Counted from the first letter of the stretch, positions 8,981 to 18,660 are shown. The stretch is 64,000 nt of DNA from an uncultured Pseudomonadota bacterium (GCA_964527595.1 CAZGPI010000003.1:1710-65709); one strand, 5' to 3'. Notes: generated by a model from the letters alone, not told the origin. A program made the numbers and translations.

Positions 8981-8990
8981 CGTGATGACT

Positions 8991-9024
8991 TTTTGTCATC
9001 CTGAACTTGATTCAGGATCCATCC
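8991..9024 (+). repeat. Family A element
   Basis: ttttgtcatcctgaacttgattcaggatccatcc, 10 nt after the Rpn stop. Confidence 0.9.
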
Positions 9025-9109
9025 TATCCTTACATAATTATTCATTAAGCAGTTTAATTGTTGGAGTAAATTTATGATCAATTCATTTAATAATCGCAAA
9101 GGGAGATCT

Positions 9110-12100
9110 ATGATGAGAAAAAAAATATTGTCGCTTTTGTTAGCAACCGTCGGGTTATGTTTTAGTGATGGGTTGCCGGTGGTAACAACAAAAATTGGTA
9201 CCGATATTAATTTTGGTCCGGTTGCCAAAGGGTCTGGTTATGCTTATCTTGGCGCGACAAATAAAGATAGCAAAAATCCAGATCATGCTTTAACCAATGT
9301 TGAAATAAAAAGAGACGGAACTGGTGTTACAATTACCCCTTTTGCGCCAGCCCTAAAAGCAGCAGATAAAACAGCCATCGATAATTCCATCTCAAATAAA
9401 GTTATAAACAATCTTGTATTATGTGGTAATGATCCAATTTTGACCGTTGGTGACGAAAAGATCTACAAAGTAAGCGGTGCAAACAAAGAAGTGGTTACCA
9501 TCAATAAGGTTGCGCTTAAAGATAGCGCTCCGACCGATGTTGATAAACCAATCAGCGCGATTGCCGCTAACGGTAGTTATGTATTTGCCGCCGTTCCAGG
9601 GGCCGGTAAAGCGTGGTCCGCGGTAGATGGTAATAATCGTGGCATCGCGATTCTTAATCCTAATGATTTAACCCAATATGAACCAACTGATTTTGAAAAG
9701 GCAGTAAAAGACGCCGCTCCTGCTGCCCTAAAAAATGATCATGCGGTTAATGCTGCAACAGCTGCGTTTAGTGCAACCAAACCGCTTGCTATTAAGTGGG
9801 ACGATACAACGGGTATCGCTGGCGCTGAATTAACCGAAGACGTTAACATGTATTGGAACGATAATGTTAATCGTCTTTATGTTGGGCTTTCTGGCGTCAA
9901 ACGTGACGACAAAGAAAAAGAAGGCGGTGTTTGTTCAATGCTTGTTGGGCGCATTGATAAAACAGAAAAAACAGAAACAGCAGCAGCAAAGACAAGCTTT
10001 GTTTTATCCCCAATTGTTAAAGATATGGCCGCTCCACGATTAGATGTTGAAATGGCGGCAAAAAAGGTTGCGATAGCCAATGCGGCATGTGTGGTTGCTG
10101 AAGCGATTGCTACCGTCAGTGATGCTAATAAAACTACGACAGCTACATTTGCTTCGGGATATACTATATCGACGCAACAGCCTCAAGTTACAATCCTTCG
10201 TAAGATTTATGACGCAATTAACAAAATAAAAACAGAAAACGATTTAATTACGTGGGTTGATGCAATATATGCTGCAAATTCGGTTGGTGCTGCATATGAC
10301 GCAGCGGCAGCTGATAAGGCTGCAAAGCCACGAGCAGCCGCTCAAATATACGTCGACAATATTGCGTATTCAGAGATGGCTTTAGCCGCTAAAAAATCAT
10401 ACGAGATTGCCGGTTATCCTGCCGATGCTAACCATTCTATCGTTGCCGCAACGGCTGCAACGGCATTACTTGATTTTGATGCTATTGCTAATAAGTGTGG
10501 CTTGGGTGCTAATAATGATAAAACAGACGAATATGATACCGCCATCAAAGCAATGAAAACCTACAAAACAACCCCAACGGCAGCAAACGCTAAAAATTAT
10601 ATTACAAAAGTTATTGCCTATGATGCGGCAATAAGTAAGATTGCTGGAATTGATGTTTATGTTGATACTGACGGCTATTCATCAGCAGATCCGTCAACAA
10701 TGTCAGCTGCAAAAGCATCGGCGAAAAATATCGGCGCCAAAGAAACAGATAAAGTACCTAGTTCATATTTTGATACTGTTGGCGCAGCTGCTCCTCTGCT
10801 TAAGCCATTAGGAAAATCACTTAAAAATATTGTCGCCGCTGCAGCTGGTGTTGCAGATGCAGCTACTGTTGCCGATACAAATAAACTTTTACAAGCGGCA
10901 GCGCTTCCGTATACCAACCAAAAAGTTTCGGCCAACGATTCAACGCGTATGGTTGCTAATTATTTTGCAGGTGCAGGATATCCAAAGGCTCAAACACTTG
11001 ATGCCAATGATGATGCAACCGGTAAGGCGCGCGTCGTTAACCCATTTGGTAACAATGGTAATGATGATATAGCCCTAACGGCCGGTAAGATGGCCAGCCT
11101 CAGGACAACACCACGTGGCCATAACTACTTGATTACCAATGTTATTACAAAAGTTGGGTCAGTAGACAAAAATCTTATTTGCGCATTACCGTTAATGGGT
11201 GGATCGGTAGAAGCCGATAAGGGTACCATTTCAAAGGTGGCAAATGGCGTTGCAACGTTCGATGCTCCTGCCTTAAATATGTCCGAATTACCAATTTTTG
11301 ACGACGTTGCCGTTGTGGTTGGTGGCAATAACGACTTGATTGATGTTGCATTGGGCACCGATATCTTTACTGATGGCGATGATAGTGTTTATATGGCATT
11401 GGGTGGCAATACCCCTTTAAAAGCTGGGCTTGTAAAGTCAACGGCGCTCTTTGACAAAAATGGCATTATTAATGGTTGGACTCAATGGAGGCACGTTGAT
11501 AATTCATTGCAACGCATTAAGGCTGCCGTTTTCGATCCATTTACCAACAAATACATGTTCTTGAAATCAGCAGACTATGTATCAGATTTCAACACCATTG
11601 AATTGACAGGTGGTGGCAACCTGGCGCTTACGCCAGAAGATTTAATGGCCATTCCCCCAACTGCTTTAAAAGCCGTTATGCACAACGCATTTCCGGTAAG
11701 CGATAATGGTATTTTCAATCTTTTTGCTTATGACAAAAATACTCCTGGTTTTGCTAACAATACGCTTGCGGCGATGGTTGCCGTTGGTTACGATACGTTG
11801 AGCTTTGTCGTGATGGCTGATCAAACACAAGGGACGCTCAGATCAGCAGATGAATTTAATATTAATAACGTTTTTACTTTTGCTGATCAAGCACTTAAAG
11901 ATATTGCACCAATTGTGTGCACTGCTATCGCTGAAGCGAATGGTCAAGCATGGTTGTTTGCCGCCGGATATAATGGCTTGACTGTCTTGAGTGCAGCTGA
12001 TGGAAAAGGATTCAGTAGTTTCGACGGAACAAATAGCCAAATTGGTGGTTTGACATTTAAGCAGTTGACCGATAATAGATTCAAGAATATTCGCAAGATT

Positions 12101-12784
12101 ACTTCTGGCAAAAATAATAATTTATTGGTAATGACCGATACGGCTATTTATTCAATTGCGTTGGGTGCTGATAAATTCAGGGCGGCAAACCCAGTTCCGC
12201 TTGTTGCAACAGAATATATGCCAGCAAAATTGGATACGGTTGGTTATTTATCAGATATGGTTGTTTTGGGAACAGACTTGATTCTATTAGCGGCAACGGG
12301 AAAAATTGGTGAAGAAGATACAGAATCTCCTGGCTTATGGTTGGCGAGCAAATCTGGTGGTACGTTGAATCCTACTCCTATATCAACAAAAGAAGATGGG
12401 CCAGCGGTACAGATTAATTATAAGTCGAAGACAGAAACAACGGGCGACTTATATGTATTGTTTGCCAACTTTACCAAAGATGATGCAAAGCTGAATCATT
12501 ATGATGTTGATATGAGCAAGGTTGGGGCAGCCAGAGTTGCTGCTTCGACGATAAATACCGTTACGCAATTTACCAAATTTTATCTAAACTTTGACGTTGG
12601 TGATGGAGTGGTTGTGGTTAATAGCCCAACGGAGCATTTGGTTACCAAGGTGCCACTGAAAAATGTAAACCAGCGGGCAGAGATGTTTGTTGATAAGAAC
12701 GTTACCAATGTTGGCGCACCAATATTTGATGATGTTTCTGGTTGTTTTATCGCTCCATATAATGGTGGTGTTGTTGTTATTTAA
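9110..12784 (+). CDS. Large secreted/surface protein with beta-rich ends and an Ala-rich core
   Basis: Signal peptide MRKKILSLLLATVGLCFS after SD gggaga. Long uninterrupted ORF. No recognisable enzyme motif. Confidence 0.8.
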   Translation: MMRKKILSLLLATVGLCFSDGLPVVTTKIGTDINFGPVAKGSGYAYLGATNKDSKNPDHALTNVEIKRDGTGVTITPFAPALKAADKTAIDNSISNKVINNLVLCGNDPILTVGDEKIYKVSGANKEVVTINKVALKDSAPTDVDKPISAIAANGSYVFAAVPGAGKAWSAVDGNNRGIAILNPNDLTQYEPTDFEKAVKDAAPAALKNDHAVNAATAAFSATKPLAIKWDDTTGIAGAELTEDVNMYWNDNVNRLYVGLSGVKRDDKEKEGGVCSMLVGRIDKTEKTETAAAKTSFVLSPIVKDMAAPRLDVEMAAKKVAIANAACVVAEAIATVSDANKTTTATFASGYTISTQQPQVTILRKIYDAINKIKTENDLITWVDAIYAANSVGAAYDAAAADKAAKPRAAAQIYVDNIAYSEMALAAKKSYEIAGYPADANHSIVAATAATALLDFDAIANKCGLGANNDKTDEYDTAIKAMKTYKTTPTAANAKNYITKVIAYDAAISKIAGIDVYVDTDGYSSADPSTMSAAKASAKNIGAKETDKVPSSYFDTVGAAAPLLKPLGKSLKNIVAAAAGVADAATVADTNKLLQAAALPYTNQKVSANDSTRMVANYFAGAGYPKAQTLDANDDATGKARVVNPFGNNGNDDIALTAGKMASLRTTPRGHNYLITNVITKVGSVDKNLICALPLMGGSVEADKGTISKVANGVATFDAPALNMSELPIFDDVAVVVGGNNDLIDVALGTDIFTDGDDSVYMALGGNTPLKAGLVKSTALFDKNGIINGWTQWRHVDNSLQRIKAAVFDPFTNKYMFLKSADYVSDFNTIELTGGGNLALTPEDLMAIPPTALKAVMHNAFPVSDNGIFNLFAYDKNTPGFANNTLAAMVAVGYDTLSFVVMADQTQGTLRSADEFNINNVFTFADQALKDIAPIVCTAIAEANGQAWLFAAGYNGLTVLSAADGKGFSSFDGTNSQIGGLTFKQLTDNRFKNIRKITSGKNNNLLVMTDTAIYSIALGADKFRAANPVPLVATEYMPAKLDTVGYLSDMVVLGTDLILLAATGKIGEEDTESPGLWLASKSGGTLNPTPISTKEDGPAVQINYKSKTETTGDLYVLFANFTKDDAKLNHYDVDMSKVGAARVAASTINTVTQFTKFYLNFDVGDGVVVVNSPTEHLVTKVPLKNVNQRAEMFVDKNVTNVGAPIFDDVSGCFIAPYNGGVVVI

Positions 12785-12812
12785 CGAGTAAAAACATTAA
12801 GAAAGGGTTTTG

Positions 12813-14084
12813 ATGAAATTAATGAGTAAGATAGCGCTTGGGGCTTTGACTCTAGCTCTGGTTGCACAAACGGCCGCCGCTTTTGCGCCAACAAATTTTT
12901 TCCAACCATTTGATCCAAATTTAGCTTTGTATAAAGTTCCTCAAACACAATTTCGTTTGGGTGCTCAAGCAGAATATGGAAGTACAAGTAGCGCACATAA
13001 CTGGAACAGCAAAAAGAAAAACGTTTTGCAGCTTCATAACGACCGTGAACGCGTGGTCGATATGCTTATGGGTAAGCCTATTCTTTTGCCCTATATGTCG
13101 GCGTTTGGTAGTGTGCCAGATTCTGAAAAGATGTTGGCAGATTTTCGAGGTTCATTTGATCAACTTGATGTAACATTATTTTCCGATTACAAGTTGCCGG
13201 TAAAACTTTTTGAAGGGAACGTGCAGCTTAGTGTCTATATGCCGATTAGAAATGTGCATGTTAAGGATGTGCAGATGACCATCGATCCGCTTAATAAGAT
13301 GCCCGTGGGCACCAATCAATTTTTTGATGATTGGATGACAACGCCAGATGTTCTCAAGGCAAAAATCAAAGCGATTGATAAGGATTTGGATTTTGGTAGC
13401 TGGAGCAAAATAGGCGTTGGTGACCTTGTTGCCATGCTTAAGTGGGGCCGATTATACAAGCAAGATAAAGAGTGGATTCGCACAGTATACGTTTATTTTA
13501 AGGGCGGCGTTTCGATTCCAACAAGTAGCCGACATGACGTTGATAAAGTGTTTAGTGTTCCGTTGGGACATGATGGCGCTGTTGGCATTCCTTTTGGTGT
13601 TGGCCTTGCATTAAACATGAAGCATCATCTCAAGCTTGGTCTTGATACTGAGTTTATTGCGCTTCTTGATAGTGCTGCCGATTATCGTATGAAAACTACG
13701 ATGAATCAAACAGAAATTTTGTTGCTTAATAAAGGGCGTGCATATAAAGATCATGGGCTGACCTGGAAGTTCAATCTCTATGCAAAGGGTGTTCATCTTT
13801 GGCAAGGCTTCTCTCTTAAAACAGCTTATGAATACACCAAGCATGATACTGATAGCCTTGTGCTAAAGACAAATAAATTTGATAATAATGTCGTTAATAG
13901 TGCTAACAGTTTGCAAGAATGGAATACTCATAGCGCGATATTCCAGTTGAATTGGGATTCTTACAAGGTTAATACAAAGATGACGTGTAAGCCTCAATTG
14001 AGCATCTTCTATAAGTTACCAATTAATGGTAAAAATGTGCTAGATCCACACACCTTTGGTGGTCAATTGGCATTGAATTTCTAA
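12813..14084 (+). CDS. Putative outer-membrane beta-barrel protein
   Basis: Signal peptide, alternating amphipathic beta-strands, C-terminal QLALNF. Confidence 0.65.
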   Translation: MKLMSKIALGALTLALVAQTAAAFAPTNFFQPFDPNLALYKVPQTQFRLGAQAEYGSTSSAHNWNSKKKNVLQLHNDRERVVDMLMGKPILLPYMSAFGSVPDSEKMLADFRGSFDQLDVTLFSDYKLPVKLFEGNVQLSVYMPIRNVHVKDVQMTIDPLNKMPVGTNQFFDDWMTTPDVLKAKIKAIDKDLDFGSWSKIGVGDLVAMLKWGRLYKQDKEWIRTVYVYFKGGVSIPTSSRHDVDKVFSVPLGHDGAVGIPFGVGLALNMKHHLKLGLDTEFIALLDSAADYRMKTTMNQTEILLLNKGRAYKDHGLTWKFNLYAKGVHLWQGFSLKTAYEYTKHDTDSLVLKTNKFDNNVVNSANSLQEWNTHSAIFQLNWDSYKVNTKMTCKPQLSIFYKLPINGKNVLDPHTFGGQLALNF

Positions 14085-14103
14085 GTCTAGTTTGATTATA
14101 TAT

Positions 14104-14140
14104 AAAACCCTCGAGGGCGAAAGACTTCGGGGGTTTTGTT
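14104..14140. terminator. Probable bidirectional intrinsic terminator
   Basis: aaaaccctcgag-ggcgaaaga-cttcgggggtttt between convergent genes. Confidence 0.65.
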
Positions 14141-15107
14141 ATTTTTTTTGGCGAGATTTACGCTTATTCATGCGATCGACAATACAATCAACAATTTTAT
14201 CAGCTGCAACAGCTGGGCCATTTTGGCGCGAATTAATGGCGACAACGTCGTGTTTCATTTTTGGTTGAATGAATGCAGTTTTACCTTTTTTAGGATAAAG
14301 TTCAGAGCGTAAAACTTGTATGGTTTTTTTGACGTTATCTTCTTTTTTTCCCTCTTTGCGTTTTTTCTTGTTGTCTTTTTCGAGTTCTTTTTTTAGGGGT
14401 TTAAGAATTTGCTCGACCTCTTTTTTTGTTACGGAATCGATTGTTTGCACTGTTGCTTTTGAGGTAATTGCAAACATGTCTGGAATTTGAGAAATGGCTT
14501 GATAGAGGGTGCGTTCTTCATCCTTATTGCCAGAGAGATTTCGGGCTTCAACGCGACGAGGGACTTCAACGGCTGGGCAGTAAACGAGGGCACAAATGGT
14601 TTTGTCGTCTTTTCCAATAATCGATTTATATTCTTTTATGTCTTGATCGTCGCGCAATACGGTGTCACCAACAACATTTTTGCCATTAGTTGCCAAGTCT
14701 TTTATATATTGCAGATAATCTGCTTGAGAATCGTCGTCGTCATCATCTTCATCGTCCTCATCTTCAGAATCGCTGCGATCCTCAGTATCTTCCGAGCGTT
14801 CGAGACTTCTGCTGGACATGCTTTTTGGTGTTGAATGGTGTGATTTGCTTGCCTGTGTTTTTTTTTCTGCATCTTCTTTTCTGGTGTTAAAGTCGTCAAG
14901 AGATTCATAGTTAAATGAACGCTTTGTTTTGTTTAAAAGTTTGCTTTTTAGGTGGCGAGCTACCGATGATTTACCAGCAGAAGATGTTCCATCAAGAATG
15001 ACAAGCCAACCAGGTTCTATGCTTGTTGCCAATAGGCCAAGGGTGATAAATAAACTAAAGAAGGTGGTTATTAAAGCACGGTGACGGATGTATTGGTTAC
15101 TGCTCAT
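14139..15107 (-). CDS. Secreted P-loop kinase, chloramphenicol phosphotransferase-like
   Basis: N-terminal hydrophobic leader, LDGTSSAGKSS Walker A, VYCP...RRVEARN lid. SD aaggag precedes ATG 15107. Confidence 0.75.
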   Translation of the reverse strand: MSSNQYIRHRALITTFFSLFITLGLLATSIEPGWLVILDGTSSAGKSSVARHLKSKLLNKTKRSFNYESLDDFNTRKEDAEKKTQASKSHHSTPKSMSSRSLERSEDTEDRSDSEDEDDEDDDDDDSQADYLQYIKDLATNGKNVVGDTVLRDDQDIKEYKSIIGKDDKTICALVYCPAVEVPRRVEARNLSGNKDEERTLYQAISQIPDMFAITSKATVQTIDSVTKKEVEQILKPLKKELEKDNKKKRKEGKKEDNVKKTIQVLRSELYPKKGKTAFIQPKMKHDVVAINSRQNGPAVAADKIVDCIVDRMNKRKSRQKK

Positions 15108-15164
15108 AAAAAACTCCTTAGTAGTCATTACATAATACGCAAACAGTGGCTTACGTTAATCTAA

Positions 15165-16163
15165 TCAACCTAGTTTAGCATGTTTTTTATCAAACGGTAC
15201 AAGGGGCCCAATAAAAGGCACTGGTTTGTTTTGAGATTGTGTAGCGCTAATGGTTTGTTGCAGGGTAAAAAATCCGGCTTTATTAATTTCTTGAGCAATG
15301 GTTTTTTGGTCTTGAGCATTTGCGGCCAAAGCAATCATAATGCCGCCACATCCGGTTCCCGTTAATTTTGCACCAAGAGCTCCTGTGTTTAGTGCGAGAT
15401 TAACAAGAAAATCAAGTTCCGGACTTGATACCCCAAGCTCATTGAGTAGGCGGTGGTTTTTGGTCATAGCATTACCAAATTCTTTGAGGTTGCCTTCCGT
15501 GAGCGCCTTCTGGCCATCGGTAAAAAGCTGATGATATTTTTCAAAAGTATGTGCTATTGCTTGAGCATTTTGTGTGCGCAATGCGCTGACAGCAGCTATC
15601 ACAGATTTGGTGTTGGTTGGCCGACCGCTATCGGCAAGTATCAAATGAAGTGGCGTGTTTAACGATATTGGTTGTTTTATCGTTTGGTTGGTTTCTTTGG
15701 TAAAGATAAACGTGCCACCAAATGTTGCAGCTGTGTTGTCGATGCCACTTGGTGTGCCATGGATTTCTTGTTCTCCACAAAATGCGGCTTGATTAATTTG
15801 CTCATCAGACCAGTTGAGTGAAAAACTTTGGTCAATTGCTCTCGCTATGGCAACGGCGGCTGCAGCACTTGCACCGATGCCTCCGTTGGTGACCGGTAAT
15901 GTTCCGCTTAGGGTTATGCTCCAACCGTGCGGTGCAATGCCCATTGACGTGAGAACTGAATGTGCCATGCTTTTATACTCGTCGTATTTGCGTGGTTTAT
16001 AATTGGGGCCTTTGGGTCGATTATCGATGATGAGAATTTCAGCTTTTTCTAGCTCTTCAATCTGTGCAGTTGTCACCAAGTTGAGTGTTGTAACGAGTGC
16101 TGGTAGCCCATAGACGACAAAGTGCTCGCCGAGCAGAATCACTTTGCCAAATCCGCCAATCAT
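15165..16163 (-). CDS. mvk: Mevalonate kinase
   Basis: GKVILLGEHFVVYG, GIGASAA, HGTPSGIDN and GAKLTGTGCGG (GHMP kinase). Confidence 0.92.
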   Translation of the reverse strand: MIGGFGKVILLGEHFVVYGLPALVTTLNLVTTAQIEELEKAEILIIDNRPKGPNYKPRKYDEYKSMAHSVLTSMGIAPHGWSITLSGTLPVTNGGIGASAAAAVAIARAIDQSFSLNWSDEQINQAAFCGEQEIHGTPSGIDNTAATFGGTFIFTKETNQTIKQPISLNTPLHLILADSGRPTNTKSVIAAVSALRTQNAQAIAHTFEKYHQLFTDGQKALTEGNLKEFGNAMTKNHRLLNELGVSSPELDFLVNLALNTGALGAKLTGTGCGGIMIALAANAQDQKTIAQEINKAGFFTLQQTISATQSQNKPVPFIGPLVPFDKKHAKLG

Positions 16164-16567
16164 ATTAGCTCACCACTTTTTAGTGAAACAAATTTAATAC
16201 CGTAATAAATAATCCCTTGTTTGTGTGCATACAATTTACGCAAAACTCCTTTTACGCGCATACCAATACTTAGAGCATCGAGTGTAACATCGGCAAGTTG
16301 CGCAACAATGCGTGGGCCTTGATCTAGTTGTATAAGCCCAATGCAATACGGAGCCATGTGTTTAAAGTCTGCCGGAGGCGTGGTGACTTGTGTGAATGAT
16401 AAAAGGGTTCCCTGGGGGGATAGTCGGTGCGATTCTAGTTCTTTGCTTCCACATGAACAATATTTTACCGCGGGTAAATGTACTTTTTCGCAAGCGGTAC
16501 ATTTTGTACCTTCGAGCCGGTAATGTGTATTAAATTGGCGCCATGCGGCAATTGGTGAATTGAACAT
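16160..16567 (-). CDS. DUF35 Zn-ribbon/OB-fold protein (thiolase-HMGS scaffold)
   Basis: GTKCTAC...YCSCGS Zn ribbon, PYCIGLIQLDQGPRIVAQL, IYYGIKF. Confidence 0.9.
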   Translation of the reverse strand: MFNSPIAAWRQFNTHYRLEGTKCTACEKVHLPAVKYCSCGSKELESHRLSPQGTLLSFTQVTTPPADFKHMAPYCIGLIQLDQGPRIVAQLADVTLDALSIGMRVKGVLRKLYAHKQGIIYYGIKFVSLKSGELI

Positions 16568-16615
16568 AGGATTACACACTCTTTAAAAAAACAGCATTGT
16601 CTTTTTTTATCTTTC

Positions 16616-16794
16616 TTTTGTCATGCTTGGGCTTGCCCCGAGCATCCATCCTTCGCCAAGGCTTCTGCTTTGTATGCCATCTTAAGATTAAAAAAAATAA
16701 GATGGATCCTCGGAGCAAGTCCGAGGATGACAAGCAAGAAAAATTGGTTATTTCAACAGTTTGGACAGTTATGGGTTAAGCCCGTGATGACAAA
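16616..16794. repeat. Cluster of family A elements plus a D fragment
   Basis: A at 16616-16650 (+), D fragment cttcgccaaggc at 16651-16662, A at 16701-16733 (-), degenerate A at about 16762-16794 (-). Confidence 0.85.
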
Positions 16795-16839
16795 ATAGGC
16801 ATTATTATTCAGCAATAGTCTAACATAAGTTTTACAGAG

Positions 16840-18105
16840 TTAAAGTGTATGAATGTCGATTACTAAAATGCCAGCCGCTTGCCAGTCACGTTTAATTTTT
16901 TCGGCAATTGCTTGGTCGGTGCATAATGCTATTCCACAGTCACCACCACCAGCGCCAGAAAATTTTGCGGCAGCGCCATGCTTTTGGGCAATAGAGATAA
17001 GATTGGTGAGTTGGTCGGGTTCAAGATCTATGCCAGATTTTTGTGCAAGCTCGGCAAGGATGGTTCGATTTTGATTAATGCAATTGAAAAGGGGGCTGCC
17101 ATTTTTTTCAGGGAGGGGCGGGAGGGAACGGCCCGCATATAAGGAGTATTCAAGGCTTGTCACAATATTATTGATCTCGCTTATCAAGCATTGATATGTC
17201 TTAGCTTCGCGTTTTTTGTAATCATTCATGGCATTGATGAGTGCCGAAGTATTTGCGCTTTTACCAGAAAAACCAACAAGCACAATAAGATTTTCTGGAA
17301 GCTTAATTGGGGTAATTTTTAGGTCAGGCCAGGGTTGAGTAACGATATTTCTTAGGGAGGTGCAGGAGGGAACGGCCTGCGTTATAACATTTTCTATTTG
17401 TTTTTCCAGCCATGTTGGGTCGAATCGTTTATATACAAGTGTTGTACCATATGTTGCCGCGGCAATGTCAAATCCGCTTCCGCAATTACCTTGTGCTTCA
17501 TAATGGGCAATAACAGCGATCTTGAATATTTGTTCATTTGTTATGTCCTGTTCATAAAATGCAAAAATTGCCTTAATGGTCGCAACAACCGCGGCGGCGC
17601 TGCTGCCAAATCCAATTTTGTGTTGGTTTCCATTTGGCATTGTGATGGCTGAAATTTCTGATGTAATAGTAAGTTTGAATGGCTCTGGATTCCATTTTTC
17701 TAGGATGGATGCTGAATCAAGTTCAGCATGACAAAAACGGTTAGGAAGGTTGAATCGGACGCTTTTCCTTTTGTCATCCCGGACTTGATCCGGGATCCAT
17801 CTTGATATATACCTCAATGCAATTTCTGTTGCCATTTTGCACATGGAGAACTTTTGTGTTTGTTCTTGAGTAAGGGTTTTAGTGGGGAACTGGTACCCAT
17901 TTTTATAGATCACTTCAATCGGGGGTAAATTAAGGTCAGGCAAATTAAAGATAAATGTGTCACTTGACGTAATAGTGGCCGAAAGGTATTTATCAACGGC
18001 CATTACGATGCAACGATTGCCTGGTTCTAGTATTGCCCATTCGCCTGCGAGCATAAGTTTGCCGGGGACTTTGATGGTTAGCACCGATAGTGTTCCTTGT
18101 GTCAA
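16840..18105 (-). CDS. mvaK2: Phosphomevalonate kinase (Gram-positive ERG8-type) with four in-frame repeat copies
   Basis: PGKLMLAGEWAILE, KIGFGSSAA, GSGFDIAA and AKFSGAGGGDCGI motifs. Confidence 0.9.
   Translation of the reverse strand: MTQGTLSVLTIKVPGKLMLAGEWAILEPGNRCIVMAVDKYLSATITSSDTFIFNLPDLNLPPIEVIYKNGYQFPTKTLTQEQTQKFSMCKMATEIALRYISRWIPDQVRDDKRKSVRFNLPNRFCHAELDSASILEKWNPEPFKLTITSEISAITMPNGNQHKIGFGSSAAAVVATIKAIFAFYEQDITNEQIFKIAVIAHYEAQGNCGSGFDIAAATYGTTLVYKRFDPTWLEKQIENVITQAVPSCTSLRNIVTQPWPDLKITPIKLPENLIVLVGFSGKSANTSALINAMNDYKKREAKTYQCLISEINNIVTSLEYSLYAGRSLPPLPEKNGSPLFNCINQNRTILAELAQKSGIDLEPDQLTNLISIAQKHGAAAKFSGAGGGDCGIALCTDQAIAEKIKRDWQAAGILVIDIHTL
17110..17136 (+). repeat. Family B element inside PMK (AGRSLPPLP)
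   Basis: agggaggggcgggagggaacggcccgc. Confidence 0.85.
17353..17380 (+). repeat. Family B element inside PMK (QAVPSCTSL)
   Basis: tagggaggtgcaggagggaacggcctgc. Confidence 0.9.
17704..17801. repeat. Inverted pair of family A elements inside PMK (RWIPDQVRDDK...FCHAELDSASI)
   Basis: gatggatgctgaatcaagttcagcatgacaaa (17704-17735) and ttttgtcatcccggacttgatccgggatccatc (17769-17801). Confidence 0.9.
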
Positions 18106-18192
18106 AGTGATTGAGTCTTTGATGGTGATTATGCAAAAATATAGAAGGAATAGGAAGCTTTTTGGTGGGGACTAAGGGGAAGGGATTCGATC

Positions 18193-18603
18193 ATGAATAT
18201 AAAAAACGTTGGGTTGAGCTTATTGTTAATGGGAGGATGTTATAGTCTTGCTTATGGGCAAGAAGCGGTGGTTCCTCAGGATCGTTCTTTAGCTGCTGAG
18301 ATAGACAGTGTCATGAATCAAGACTCGCAAAAAAATAATGGTGCACAAACGAGATTGGTAGATATTGATAATCTTCTTGCGCTCAAAAAATTTCTTGATG
18401 ATTGCAGGCAAGAAGCTTTGCAAGGCAAAACCGAGGGTGGGATGCAAAAACTCGATGGGCGACTTGAAGAACTGATTATGCAATATATAAAGCTGGAAGA
18501 ACAAAAAGTACAAAGGCTTTCACAGATTGATGTTGCGGCATGGATAGGTGCCATTAGTTTAGTTATGATGTCTGCTTGGTTAGGGGTTAGAATATTATCT
18601 TAA
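18193..18603 (+). CDS. Hypothetical protein with signal peptide and C-terminal TM helix
   Basis: Signal-like N-terminus, helical core, hydrophobic C-terminus, followed by a terminator. Confidence 0.7.
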   Translation: MNIKNVGLSLLLMGGCYSLAYGQEAVVPQDRSLAAEIDSVMNQDSQKNNGAQTRLVDIDNLLALKKFLDDCRQEALQGKTEGGMQKLDGRLEELIMQYIKLEEQKVQRLSQIDVAAWIGAISLVMMSAWLGVRILS

Positions 18604-18628
18604 AAGGTTAATGCTATTGTGGTTAATG

Positions 18629-18660
18629 AAAAGGCGTTGCTTTATGCAGCGCCTCTTTTT
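18629..18660. terminator. Intrinsic terminator between convergent genes
   Basis: aaaaggcgttgc-tttat-gcagcgcctctttt. Confidence 0.6.

Noticed and set aside
16597..16779. 60-aa ORF
   Set aside because: Composed largely of family A/D repeats, so it is a spurious frame.
17110..17136. G-quadruplex function for B/C elements
   Set aside because: Most copies lack four G3 tracts, and stem covariation supports a hairpin instead.
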